Positions 47,262-56,422 of a stretch of 64,000 nucleotides of DNA are shown here, piece after piece. The notes under the pieces are model-generated. The model worked only from the letters and a program-made list of their open reading frames with translations, did not search any database and was not told the origin of the DNA. Made by a program: the position numbers and the translations under genes. The DNA lies in NCBI GenBank assembly GCA_036405175.1, contig DASWYC010000002.1:123429-187428 (forward strand), read 5' to 3'. This stretch comes from Minisyncoccota bacterium. Lineage in GTDB: Bacteria; Patescibacteriota; Minisyncoccia; Phycocordibacterales; UBA1006. Positions within the stretch are counted from its first letter, which is position 1. Each line of letters starts with the position of its first letter.

Positions 47262-48281
47262 ATGGCATCCATGTTTGTCAGAAAACTTGGTATTGATATT
47301 GGAAGTTCATATACCCGAATTTACATCCCACAAAAAGGCATTGTGCTTGAGGAGCCGACGCTGGTTGCGCTCTCTAAAAAAACTGGAGAAGTCGTAGCAA
47401 TTGGAAAAGATGCAGAAATTATGCAAGGGAAAAACCCTGACAGCATAGAAGTATATGCGCCGGTTGCTGGCGGACTTCCTGTTCACCTTCCGTTGCTTGA
47501 GGTAATGATCCGCGAATATATTCATAGTGTGATCAGCACCTATTCATTTGTTAAACCTGAGGTGGTACTTTCTATTCCGACTGATATTTCTTCAACAGAA
47601 AAACGTGCGTTGGTGGAGTCAATTTTGAAGTCACATGTAAAAGCAGTGTATGTGGTAAAACAGCCGGTGCTTGCAGCGTATGGAGCTATGATTAACACTG
47701 ATCATGCAAAAGGTTCAATGATGGTAACCATTGGAGGTGGAACTACCGATATTGCAATCACTTCTCTGGGGTCAACGGTATCAGGAAAGTCACTTAAACT
47801 TGGTGGACGTGATATTGATAAAAAAATTAAAGAATATATTGCAACAAATAAAAATCTTGAAGTGTCAGAGAAAAATGCAGAAGATATTAAAATTGCTATT
47901 GCGAGTGCTATTTTTGAAGAAGATGAAGAATATGTAGTAGAAGTGCGTGGACGTGATATCTTTTCTGGATTGCCAGCAAGTTTTGATATTACCTCAAATG
48001 AGATTTATCCCATTATTAAAGAATTTCTTGAAGAAGTTTGTGAAGGAATCCGTGTAGTGCTTTCTTTAACACCGCCAGAGATTGTGGTGGATATTATGGA
48101 TCAAGGAATCCACTTGGCAGGAGGTTCTGCCCAAATTACCAATATTACCGAATTCATTTTTAGAAAAACCGGTGTACGATCACGCTTAGTGCAAGATCCA
48201 TCCCATGTGGTAATTCTTGGAACCGACAAAGCGTTGACTAAACTTCAGGATTACAAAGACGCAGATAAAATTACACGATAA
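47262..48281 (+). CDS. mreB: rod shape-determining actin homolog MreB
   Basis: GIDIGSSYTRIY, DIGGGTTDIAI, ILKSHVKAVYVVKQPVLAAYGA match MreB. TATACT at 47249-47254 is only 7 nt before the ATG (leaderless). Confidence 0.8.
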   Translation: MASMFVRKLGIDIGSSYTRIYIPQKGIVLEEPTLVALSKKTGEVVAIGKDAEIMQGKNPDSIEVYAPVAGGLPVHLPLLEVMIREYIHSVISTYSFVKPEVVLSIPTDISSTEKRALVESILKSHVKAVYVVKQPVLAAYGAMINTDHAKGSMMVTIGGGTTDIAITSLGSTVSGKSLKLGGRDIDKKIKEYIATNKNLEVSEKNAEDIKIAIASAIFEEDEEYVVEVRGRDIFSGLPASFDITSNEIYPIIKEFLEEVCEGIRVVLSLTPPEIVVDIMDQGIHLAGGSAQITNITEFIFRKTGVRSRLVQDPSHVVILGTDKALTKLQDYKDADKITR

Positions 48282-48351
48282 TCTCTCGCTTCGGCTGGAG
48301 ATTTTTTGATTGTCAAAGTTGGTTTCTGCAGGTGAGTGATACACTAACAGT

Positions 48352-48984
48352 ATGAATCGGTCAGGACTCTTTTTGGTAAGTATTGCAAGTGCTCAGTTGT
48401 TGAGTAGATTATCTCAACAGGAAGTGATTGGATTGCTTTCTGAAAATGGGTTTGAAGTTGATGTTCAGCAAATATCATTTCATGCAACATATGAGCGCCT
48501 TTCAATTGAAGATGCTCGGGAGCTTCGTCAAAAGATTGCAGAAGTAGTCCATGGGGCAACAATTCTTGTAGTTGCTGATCGCTTGCCAGAAGATTCACAA
48601 CAGCCATTGTTAAAAATTTTAGAAGAATTGCCGCGCAATATGCAGTTGATATTAATAACTCCGCCCTCAGCAACTATTTTACCAACGGTAATTTCTCGTG
48701 CAGTCGGGTCGTTCGCAATTAAACTTGAAGAACAAGAAGGAGAGTTCACTCAAAAAAATCTTGAGTCCCTTCACAAAAAAGATCCTGAGCTCTATAAACA
48801 CTCACTCATAACCTTTGGTAAGCAACTATTGGCACGTATTACCGCTGCTGCAAGTCTTAAAAATCCTGCCCGTGCTCAACTCTACTCAAACACTCTTAAA
48901 TTGATTGAACGCATCCCATCTGCCCGCTCAGCTAAGATGATTGGGGATTATCTTTTAAATATCGATCGACTTACCAGAAGGTAA
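48352..48984 (+). CDS. DNA polymerase III delta'-like clamp-loader subunit lacking a P-loop
   Basis: LLKILEELPRNMQLILITPPSATILPTVISRA matches the delta'/delta box (LLKTLEEPP...IL.T...LLPTI.SR). No GxxGxGK motif in the short N-terminus. Confidence 0.45.
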   Translation: MNRSGLFLVSIASAQLLSRLSQQEVIGLLSENGFEVDVQQISFHATYERLSIEDARELRQKIAEVVHGATILVVADRLPEDSQQPLLKILEELPRNMQLILITPPSATILPTVISRAVGSFAIKLEEQEGEFTQKNLESLHKKDPELYKHSLITFGKQLLARITAAASLKNPARAQLYSNTLKLIERIPSARSAKMIGDYLLNIDRLTRR

Positions 48985-48993
48985 CAAAGGAAA

Positions 48994-49027
48994 AGCCGGA
49001 ATCTTATTGATAAGATTCCGGCTCTTT
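48994..49027. terminator. bidirectional terminator (agccggaatctta-ttga-taagattccggct)
   Basis: 13-bp perfect stem between convergent genes. Confidence 0.7.
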
Positions 49028-49033
49028 AGATTT

Positions 49034-49468
49034 CTATAACAATGTGAAATCTATAATTGCTGAGTCCTTGGTACTGCTTTTGATTTCAATCTCTACAAGT
49101 TTTTTCCATCTTTGAGCAATGTCTTGTATTTCTTCTTCGAAGACTTTAATGTTAGAAATACCGGTGAATTTCCTCAAATCATGGATGTTAAATTCAATAT
49201 AGAACCAATCCTCATGAGAAGGACTATTCATAAGACTCATAGTTTCTGAAATGAGATGCTCCAGCAATCCTTCTTCTTTTCCATTTTCTTGACCATTGGG
49301 ATCAGAATAGTGATAGTTTTTGACTTCAAACATCTTTTTCTGAGAATCAGTTAATTTCTCAAGAAGAATGTCTCTAAAGATTGCATTGAAAGTATTTTGT
49401 AGATCCCTCCATCTTTCGCCCATAACCCTTGGGCGAAACAGCTGAAGTTTGGTAAATTCTCGCTTCAT
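49034..49468 (-). CDS. hypothetical protein (144 aa)
   Basis: ORF only. Confidence 0.3.
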   Translation of the reverse strand: MKREFTKLQLFRPRVMGERWRDLQNTFNAIFRDILLEKLTDSQKKMFEVKNYHYSDPNGQENGKEEGLLEHLISETMSLMNSPSHEDWFYIEFNIHDLRKFTGISNIKVFEEEIQDIAQRWKKLVEIEIKSSTKDSAIIDFTLL

Positions 49469-49591
49469 TTCTGTAATTTTTTAGGTATATATCTGACTCT
49501 TATGTACCACACTGGCGTCCCTATGTCTAATGGAGGCGTTCGATCTGTTAAGGAGTTGCATAAAAACCCCAATAATGGTATAGTAATCGTC

Positions 49592-49840
49592 ATGAAAAAA
49601 GGCATTCACCCAGAATATCGCGATGTTGCTTTTAAGGACGTTACCAGCGGCGAGATCTTCGTTATTGGTGCATCAATCGCAACCGATAAGACCATTAATT
49701 ATAATGGTAAAGATCTTCCTTTGGTAGAGGTTGAAATCTCAAGCGTTTCTCACCCATTCTATACCGGAGATGTAAAGAACGTTGAAAATGCAGGACGTGC
49801 AGAAAAATTCCGCAGCCGTGCAGCTAAGGCATCAAAATAA
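49592..49840 (+). CDS. rpmE: 50S ribosomal protein L31 (type B, non-zinc form)
   Basis: MKKGIHPEYRDV...SHPFYTGD. No CxxC pairs. Confidence 0.75.
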   Translation: MKKGIHPEYRDVAFKDVTSGEIFVIGASIATDKTINYNGKDLPLVEVEISSVSHPFYTGDVKNVENAGRAEKFRSRAAKASK

Positions 49841-49850
49841 CGGTATAATA

Positions 49851-49877
49851 AAAACACTTCACCGAAGTGTTTTTATT
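49851..49877 (+). terminator. intrinsic terminator (aaaacacttc-acc-gaagtgtttt)
   Basis: Hairpin plus T-run after the rpmE stop. Confidence 0.65.
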
Positions 49878-49900
49878 GTTGAATTCCTATCCATAATTAT

Positions 49901-50881
49901 ATGAACAAAGACCAGCGCGACGAACTCCAAAAAGATCCACGATTTGCCTACACGATCAAAGAAATTGAGCGTCTTTATGGCATGATTGAAGAAAGCGAGC
50001 TCTTGCGTGATGATCCAGAATTGGGATCAATGGTGGATGCTGAAATTGCGAATATTCAAAAACAAATTGCAGATCTTGAACAATATATTTATGACATCCA
50101 AAAGCAGGATGAATTGGCTGAACAATTTCCATCAGAATTGATGCTTGAAATCCGTGCAGGTGCCGGAGGTGACGAAGCATCACTCTTCGCATTTGAATTG
50201 GCAGAAATGTATCAAAAATATGCGGAGCTTAAAGGCTGGCGTGCAAGCATTGTTGATGCATCAGAGAATGAGGTGGGCGGATACAAAGAAGTGACCATTG
50301 AAATGAAAGGGGAAGAGATTTTTAAATACATGCGTTATGAAACGGGTGTTCACCGTGTGCAGCGTATCCCAGCAACAGAAAAGCAGGGACGTATTCATAC
50401 TTCAACGGTCTCTGTTGTGATCATGCCGATCCGTAAAAAATTTACGGTAGAACTTAATCCTGGAGATCTTGAATTTGAAACATCACGTTCAGGTGGAGCA
50501 GGGGGACAAAATGTAAACAAAGTTGAAACAGCAGTGCGCGTAATTCATAAGCCAACCGGATTGTGGGTTCGTTCAACATCAGAACGCATGCAACTTAAGA
50601 ACAAAGAAAAGGCAATTGAAATTTTGCGTAACAAGTTGCAAGACATTGCGGACGAAGAAGCTGCAAAAAAAGATGCAAGTCTTCGTTCTGGACAGGTAGG
50701 GACTATGGATCGTTCAGAAAAAATTCGTACGTACAACTTCCCACAAGATCGTATTACCGATCACCGTATTAAGCAATCATGGAGTAATATCCCAAAGATT
50801 ATGCTCGGCTACATTGATCCTATTATTGAAGCGCTTCAGATTGGTGGCGAACAAGGATTCTCTCATGACGATTTTGAATAA
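49901..50881 (+). CDS. prfA: peptide chain release factor 1
   Basis: GGQ motif [19 protein letters not shown] and RF1-specific PAT tripeptide ([14 protein letters not shown]). Confidence 0.85.
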   Translation: MNKDQRDELQKDPRFAYTIKEIERLYGMIEESELLRDDPELGSMVDAEIANIQKQIADLEQYIYDIQKQDELAEQFPSELMLEIRAGAGGDEASLFAFELAEMYQKYAELKGWRASIVDASENEVGGYKEVTIEMKGEEIFKYMRYETGVHRVQRIPATEKQGRIHTSTVSVVIMPIRKKFTVELNPGDLEFETSRSGGAGGQNVNKVETAVRVIHKPTGLWVRSTSERMQLKNKEKAIEILRNKLQDIADEEAAKKDASLRSGQVGTMDRSEKIRTYNFPQDRITDHRIKQSWSNIPKIMLGYIDPIIEALQIGGEQGFSHDDFE

Positions 50882-50882
50882 T

Positions 50883-52673
50883 ATGAATTCCTCTCACATC
50901 AGAAACTTTAGTATTATTGCACACATTGATCACGGAAAGTCTACCTTGGCTGACCGCATGATTGAACTTACCCAAACCATTGAAAAACGCGTGATGAAGG
51001 ATCAGGTACTTGATTCTATGGAGCTTGAGCGTGAGCGTGGAATCACGATTAAAATGCAGCCGGTGCGTATGAACTATCGTCATAATGGTCAGGACTATGT
51101 TTTGAATTTAATTGATACTCCAGGACATATTGATTTTTCTTATGAGGTATCAAGAGCACTCCAAGCAGTTGAAGGAACACTGTTGTTGGTGGATTCAACA
51201 CAGGGAATGCAAGCACAAACATTGACGGTGCTTGATATGGCGTTGCAACTTGGGATTACTATTATTCCAGTTATTACAAAAATTGATTCACCGCTTGCGC
51301 GCATTACAGAAATTAAAAAAGAAATTTCAGATTATTTACTTATTGATGAATCAGAGATTTTGGAAGTTTCGGGAAAGACGGGAGCTGGGGTAGATCAACT
51401 CTTGGCAACAATTATTGAAAAGATTCCTGCACCAAAGATGGTGCCTCAGGATGCACCGGTGCAAGGACTCGTATTTGACTATGCATATTCCGGACACCGT
51501 GGAATTATTATCTATCTTCGTCTTATTGCGGGTTCAATCAAAAAAGGTGATGAGCTTACCCTTTTAGGAGCTAATGTTTCTTTTATTGCTAATGAAGTTG
51601 GGGTGTTTGCACCACAAGAAATGCCGGTGCCGGTATTAGAGGAGGGAATGATTGGCTATGTGGTAACAGGATTTAAAGAGGCAGGAGTAGCTTCTGTTGG
51701 AGATACGGTGACTAATAAACAACGTAAAGGAGAAATGCTTGCCGGATATGCTCAGCCCGTACCTATGGTGTTTGCATCGTTGTATCCAGAAGCTCAGGAT
51801 GATTTTCCTGCACTCACTACCGCACTTAAGCGTCTTTCACTTTCTGACTCTTCATTTACTTTTGAAGAAGAAACATCGGGTGTTCTTGGGCGTGGATATC
51901 GCTGTGGATTTTTGGGGATGCTTCACTTGGAAATTATTACCGAACGTTTGCGTCGCGAACACAATCTTGAACTTATCATTACGCAGCCCAGTGTGACGTA
52001 TAAAATTACCACCAAGAATGATGAGGTTTTAACGGTGTATTCACCAATTCAATTTCCAGATTATGGAAATATCAAGCAGGTTGAAGAGCCGTGGGTAATT
52101 ACCACGCTTATGTTCCCGAATGACTACATGAACAATGTCATGAAGCTTTTGCATGAACATGAAGGAGAAATCACCTCAACAGAAACATTGTTAGATGGGC
52201 GTGTAAAAATTATGGTAAATATGCCACTCAGAGAATTGATGCGTAATTTCTTTGATGAGCTTAAATCAGCGTCATCAGGATATGCTTCTATTTCATATAA
52301 AGAATCAGAATATCGTCATGCTGATGTAGTGCGTTTGGATATTTTGTTAGCAGATGAACCGGTAATTGCACTTACTAAAATTGTTGCACGCCGTCGTCTT
52401 GAAGAAGATGCAGAAAAGTTTGTTGAAAAGCTGGAAGATATTTTGCCGCGTCAGCAGATTGTGGTGAAGATTCAGGCAAAAGCAATTGGACGCATTGTTG
52501 CATCACGAACCCTTAAATCATTTAGAAAAGATGTTACGGGGTATTTGTATGGAGGAGATATTACGCGCAAAATGAAACTTCTTGAAAAACAAAAGAAGGG
52601 GAAGAAGAAAATGCAGCAGACCGGAAAAGTTAATTTGGATCATGATGTATTTATTAAAATTATGAAAAGCTAA
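50883..52673 (+). CDS. lepA: translation elongation factor 4 (LepA)
   Basis: IRNFSIIAHIDHGKSTLADR, LIDTPGHIDF, LepA-specific C-terminal domain. ATG immediately after the prfA stop. Confidence 0.9.
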   Translation: MNSSHIRNFSIIAHIDHGKSTLADRMIELTQTIEKRVMKDQVLDSMELERERGITIKMQPVRMNYRHNGQDYVLNLIDTPGHIDFSYEVSRALQAVEGTLLLVDSTQGMQAQTLTVLDMALQLGITIIPVITKIDSPLARITEIKKEISDYLLIDESEILEVSGKTGAGVDQLLATIIEKIPAPKMVPQDAPVQGLVFDYAYSGHRGIIIYLRLIAGSIKKGDELTLLGANVSFIANEVGVFAPQEMPVPVLEEGMIGYVVTGFKEAGVASVGDTVTNKQRKGEMLAGYAQPVPMVFASLYPEAQDDFPALTTALKRLSLSDSSFTFEEETSGVLGRGYRCGFLGMLHLEIITERLRREHNLELIITQPSVTYKITTKNDEVLTVYSPIQFPDYGNIKQVEEPWVITTLMFPNDYMNNVMKLLHEHEGEITSTETLLDGRVKIMVNMPLRELMRNFFDELKSASSGYASISYKESEYRHADVVRLDILLADEPVIALTKIVARRRLEEDAEKFVEKLEDILPRQQIVVKIQAKAIGRIVASRTLKSFRKDVTGYLYGGDITRKMKLLEKQKKGKKKMQQTGKVNLDHDVFIKIMKS

Positions 52674-52707
52674 ATCCGCTCAAACGAGGGGATTTTTGCT
52701 AATAAAA

Positions 52708-52730
52708 AAGCTTATTCGTTTGAATAAGCC
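52708..52730 (-). terminator. minus-strand terminator downstream of the tRNA cluster (gcttattc-gttt-gaataagc, T-run on minus strand)
   Basis: Hairpin preceded on the plus strand by aaaaaa (TTTTTT on minus). Confidence 0.55.
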
Positions 52731-52732
52731 TG

Positions 52733-52831
52733 TGGTCACCCCTGTAGGACTCGAACCCACATAAACAGAGCCAAAATCTGGTACTCTCGGAATAATTCTA
52801 ATTGTATTCCCACCAATTGAGCTAAGGGGTA
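52733..52831 (-). tRNA. tRNA-Gln (anticodon UUG) with a 23-nt hairpin insertion in the D-loop; CCA encoded
   Basis: Manual fold: U1 acceptor TACCCCT/AGGGGTG+A+CCA, D-stem GCTC/GAGT, anticodon stem CCAGA/TCTGT with loop TTTTGGC, T-arm GTGGG-TTCGAGT-CCTAC. The D-loop contains an extra hairpin GGAATA-CAATTAGAAT-TATTCC. Confidence 0.5.
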
Positions 52832-52869
52832 TTATGAGAAAATAAAAGCTAAACATTTGTTTAGCTTCG

Positions 52870-52943
52870 TGGACAGGAAGGGAATCGAACCCTCAACCGT
52901 ATCATTGCAAATGATATGCTCCAGCCAATTGAGCTACCCGCCC
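52870..52943 (-). tRNA. tRNA-Cys (anticodon GCA); CCA not encoded
   Basis: Acceptor GGGCGGG/CCTGTCC, D-arm GCTCAATTGGCTGGAGC, anticodon stem ATCAT/ATGAT with loop TTGCAAT, T-loop TTCGATT. Confidence 0.8.
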
Positions 52944-52954
52944 GTTCGTAAAAG

Positions 52955-53041
52955 GAAGCAATTTAAAGAGGGATCGGACCTCTCTGCTTAGACTGTGTAT
53001 ACTAGCCCAAGCATGACGCATTTTCGCGCCTCAAATTGCTC
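52955..53041 (-). repeat. degenerate fifth copy (E) of the GC-rich hairpin-closed element (closing helix agcaattt..gagg/cctc..aaattgct)
   Basis: RC interior ...gcttgggctagtatacacagtctaagcagagaggtccgatccctc resembles copy A ...cgactatgatggacagctgagcgtagggccgatagagccc. Retains a hairpin with a CCGAT-containing loop. Confidence 0.3.
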
Positions 53042-53263
53042 TATATTGTGTTGATAAAGTAGAATTTAGGTATTCAATATAACCTTTCTTCAAATAAAGT
53101 CAAGTGTTGAGTCTAAAATCCCAAAATACCAGTATAGGTTGCAATGAGAGAAATAATAATGAGTACTGCAATGATTCCAAAAGCAATACTAATTTTTTTC
53201 TTGTGTTTTGGGTGGAAAATAGAGCTCATAAATGTAGTACAATTGTACTATAAACCCTCGCGT

Positions 53264-53665
53264 ATGCAAAGCTATTCAACAGGTCTTCCTCAGCGTAAGC
53301 GCCTTAAAACCTATAATAAAAAAAAGATCTTTATAAGCTTTTTAATTACGTTGGTGGCGCTTATTGTAGTCATTCACTTTGGTATTAAGATGCGTCGCGC
53401 ATACCTCTTTTCAAAAGAAATTCAAGCAAAGAAAAATCTTACCCTAGAAGAACTTGAAACCAAAAGCAAGCAATTAGAAGATCAGCTGCAACTCTATGAA
53501 TCACCAGTAGGTCAAGAGCGCTTGTTGCGTGAACGCTATAGTATGGTCAAAGATGGTGAGCATGAAATTATTATTGAAGAAGGTCAAAAGAAATCTGATG
53601 ATAATAACAAAAAAGACGCTGGTGGATTATGGCAGCGCTTCGTACGTCTTTTTAAGAAAGACTAA
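53264..53665 (+). CDS. FtsB/DivIC-like septum formation initiator
   Basis: Single TM (ISFLITLVALIVVIHF) then coiled coil, and C-terminal SPVGQERLLRERYSMVKDGEHEIII matching the FtsB/DivIC conserved tail. Confidence 0.5.
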   Translation: MQSYSTGLPQRKRLKTYNKKKIFISFLITLVALIVVIHFGIKMRRAYLFSKEIQAKKNLTLEELETKSKQLEDQLQLYESPVGQERLLRERYSMVKDGEHEIIIEEGQKKSDDNNKKDAGGLWQRFVRLFKKD

Positions 53666-54351
53666 TCGGTGTCAGCATCTTTTTCTGGTAATGCAACAGG
53701 AGATTTGCTATAGAGTTCAAGATAATTATTAGCAGTAATAAATGAGCTCACCGTAAGAAGTGGCAAAAGAATAATCAAGAAAATCAGTGAACTTGAGAAG
53801 TTGCTAATAATTCCTGATGTTGAAACAAACAAGAAAATAGTAATTGCAAAGAGGCCAAAAAATCCAAGATGATGACGAGTAAGTTTTGACGTTTGATAGA
53901 AAGAATTTTTATAAGCTTCTTTAAGGTTGGCATTACCAAGCACGGTTTGAGGAATCACAAACATTGAGCGGATCACAAATAGAATTCCAGGGATAATAAC
54001 AAGGATAAATGTTACCATTGAGCCAAGAATGAGACTTCCTGTTGGTTTGATAATTTTCTTTGCAAGGTCTTTACTTTGTTTTTTAAGGGTAAGCCAATAC
54101 TGTTTGGTGAGCGGATTGGTAGTATTTTTATCAAGCATGATAAGCCCGGTGCTTCCAATAAATACCAGACTGTATACATAAATGATTGAGGTAAAGATAC
54201 TCACAAATACTGAAATTGATCCAATCGCGGTAAGGATTTGGTCGCTGATAAGGGCAATAATGATAAGAATTCCAAAGAATCCAAGCTGATATTTTTTATG
54301 ATGAAACTTCTGCTTGAGCGCAGGAAACGGAGAATGAGAAAGACGAAGCAT
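53662..54351 (-). CDS. hypothetical polytopic membrane protein
   Basis: 5-6 TM helices. No motif. Confidence 0.35.
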   Translation of the reverse strand: MLRLSHSPFPALKQKFHHKKYQLGFFGILIIIALISDQILTAIGSISVFVSIFTSIIYVYSLVFIGSTGLIMLDKNTTNPLTKQYWLTLKKQSKDLAKKIIKPTGSLILGSMVTFILVIIPGILFVIRSMFVIPQTVLGNANLKEAYKNSFYQTSKLTRHHLGFFGLFAITIFLFVSTSGIISNFSSSLIFLIILLPLLTVSSFITANNYLELYSKSPVALPEKDADTD

Positions 54352-54435
54352 GGTCTTATCCTACCATATTTGACTGATAATAAAAAGCAGGGGATATTTG
54401 AAAAAGGCTGATTTTATGATACTATTAACGGTATT

Positions 54436-54512
54436 GCCGAAGTAGCTCAGTTGGTTAGAGCGCTCGCCTGAAGAGCGATAGGTCGGCGGTTCGAGTCCGC
54501 CTTTCGGCACAC
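54436..54512 (+). tRNA. tRNA-Phe (anticodon GAA); CCA encoded
   Basis: GCCGAAG acceptor, D-arm GCTCAGTTGGTTAGAGC, anticodon loop CTGAAGA, T-arm GGCGG-TTCGAGT-CCGCC, ...GGCACCA. Confidence 0.85.
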
Positions 54513-54526
54513 CAAAACTTCAAAAA

Positions 54527-54560
54527 TTAAAACACGCCCAATTAAGTGCGTGTTTTAATT
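54527..54560 (+). terminator. intrinsic terminator after tRNA-Phe (aaacacgc...gcgtgttt then T-run)
   Basis: 8-bp stem with T-rich tail. Confidence 0.55.
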
Positions 54561-54623
54561 TTATTTAAAATACCTTAATCCGAAGACTAAGGTATTGAGA
54601 TTAACAAGTGACAACATTAAGAG

Positions 54624-54968
54624 CTAAGTTAAACCGAGAAGTGCACGATCTTCAGGGCTAAGTTTTGCAAGTGCTTTTTCTTTGGCAGCAAGAGCCTCAT
54701 CTTCATCGTTGAAAAGTTTAACGGACCGAACATCTTTAAATAGATAACACGTAGTGCCATCTGTTAATACGAGGACCTGATTTGTTTTAATGTAGTTTGA
54801 ATCCGACTGGTTGCCTGCAAAAGCTGCTGCAACAGTTGGATTTTTAAAAACACCGATCGTTTGAGTAGCCATTCCTTCCTCGTTTGTGCGATATACTTCG
54901 GTCATCTGAGTAATTTTAAAATTCTCGAGATTTTGATCGACCAGAGCAGATAAATCAGTACTTTGCAT
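54624..54968 (-). CDS. hypothetical protein (114 aa)
   Basis: ORF only. Confidence 0.3.
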   Translation of the reverse strand: MQSTDLSALVDQNLENFKITQMTEVYRTNEEGMATQTIGVFKNPTVAAAFAGNQSDSNYIKTNQVLVLTDGTTCYLFKDVRSVKLFNDEDEALAAKEKALAKLSPEDRALLGLT

Positions 54969-55057
54969 TTTTCTGGAATTGTTTAGCGTGATAAGATAAT
55001 TTCCATCAAATTACCATAAAAGTATTGGCGAGTCAAAAGAGGCCCTTAAGGCCTCTT

Positions 55058-55579
55058 TTATTGTACTCTCACTCTATTTGATCGCTCTTTATCAACCTTA
55101 GGCATCTTTACGGTAAGAAGTCCGTATTCTTCTCGTGCCTCGGTGTTATCAATATCAACTTCGTCGGGGAGTTCAATAATTCGTTCAAATTCACCCCACA
55201 TAAGTTCACTCAAATGGCGAGTTTCGCGATAACTATTAGTAGTTGGCTCTTGGCGATTCACGCTAATGGTAATTGCACTGCGAGATAAGGCAATTTGTAC
55301 ATCATTCTTGCGAGCTCCAGAGGTAAACGCGGTAATAAAAATAGCATCATGGGTTTCAAAGAGATCAATAGGGAGGATTTGAGGAGCGGGTTCTTCAATA
55401 ACTTCTTGAATAGGAACTTTTTTAGCATCAGCAATACTTAAATCACGCAATGATGAAACACCATCCTCGCTGTCATCTTCAATTTCTTCCTCAATGTATT
55501 CTTCTTCATACTCAACGTATGAATTTCCAAAATTGAACAAGTCTTTTAGTTTTTGCCAGAATGATTGCTTTTCGTACAT
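55058..55579 (-). CDS. Hsp20/alpha-crystallin family small heat-shock protein with acidic N-terminal extension
   Basis: IDLFETHDAIFITAF...GEFERIIELPDEVDIDNTEAREEYGLLTVKMPK matches the alpha-crystallin domain. Confidence 0.65.
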   Translation of the reverse strand: MYEKQSFWQKLKDLFNFGNSYVEYEEEYIEEEIEDDSEDGVSSLRDLSIADAKKVPIQEVIEEPAPQILPIDLFETHDAIFITAFTSGARKNDVQIALSRSAITISVNRQEPTTNSYRETRHLSELMWGEFERIIELPDEVDIDNTEAREEYGLLTVKMPKVDKERSNRVRVQ

Positions 55580-55581
55580 AG

Positions 55582-56328
55582 TTACTTAGTTGATGCTTTC
55601 TTACGTGAGGCTCGCTGTGAAACCTTCTTACTTCCTAATTGTAACACCCCGTGAATGAGAAAATATACCATTATGAACAGTATCCACGAAATCGCCACAA
55701 CAGTATACGTAGAAAGGCTTGATGGGCTGGTTACTAAGACGGTAATTACGGTGCTTATGGCTGCGCCACCAATCCATCCTAGTGCGTGTAACAAATGTTC
55801 ATGATGAGGATTTTTCGCAAATGACGCATGTGCAAAGAGTGAACCAAAAACCGTTCCAGCAAGAACAAAGATGAGCGACGAAACCACCGGAGAAATTGAG
55901 CCTACATATAATGGAAGGGCATTGAGAAGTGATGATCCCGGCATGAGGTTTGAAAACGTATGAGTCATTAGGGAAAGTCCAAGTAATGCCGTGGTGTAAT
56001 ACACAATATAGTCATATGGTTCATCCAAAGTTTGCAGACTGGTTTGAGTAAGTTCGATGAGTAAGAACATCACAAAGAAGATAAGGAGGGTATAAAAGAA
56101 TAATTCAGTTGCAGGTGATCCAAATACTGGATGAATGTGAGAGGTAATAGCATCAATCACAAAGTATGATGTCATCCCTCCAATAAACGTAACAAGTAGC
56201 GCGCTTTTTGGTTCACGATGACGATCTTGTGATAAAAATATTGCAAGCCATACAATTGTTGGAATGATGATTTCACTGAGCGAGCGGAACATGTCCGAAA
56301 ACGGTGTCATATATGTATGATACCCCAA
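55582..56328 (-). CDS. hypothetical polytopic membrane protein (His-rich loop HHEHLLHALGW; possible metal transporter)
   Basis: 6-7 TM helices. Function not assignable. Confidence 0.3.
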   Translation of the reverse strand: MGYHTYMTPFSDMFRSLSEIIIPTIVWLAIFLSQDRHREPKSALLVTFIGGMTSYFVIDAITSHIHPVFGSPATELFFYTLLIFFVMFLLIELTQTSLQTLDEPYDYIVYYTTALLGLSLMTHTFSNLMPGSSLLNALPLYVGSISPVVSSLIFVLAGTVFGSLFAHASFAKNPHHEHLLHALGWIGGAAISTVITVLVTSPSSLSTYTVVAISWILFIMVYFLIHGVLQLGSKKVSQRASRKKASTK

Positions 56329-56422
56329 CTAATATGAAGTTTGATGAATTTATACACACGCAGCTCGTATATAACATACAAAGTTGTTAAAAAATCGCTT
56401 CATTCATGAAGCGATTTTTTTA

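Noticed and set aside
52944-53045. tRNA-like fold (acceptor-like AATTTGA/TTAAATT pairing and T-arm-like AGAGG-TCCGATC-CCTCT) upstream of tRNA-Cys
   Set aside because: D- and anticodon arms do not fold canonically (6-nt loops, no GG). The T-arm-like hairpin is the conserved apical hairpin of the GC-rich repeat family (copy E).
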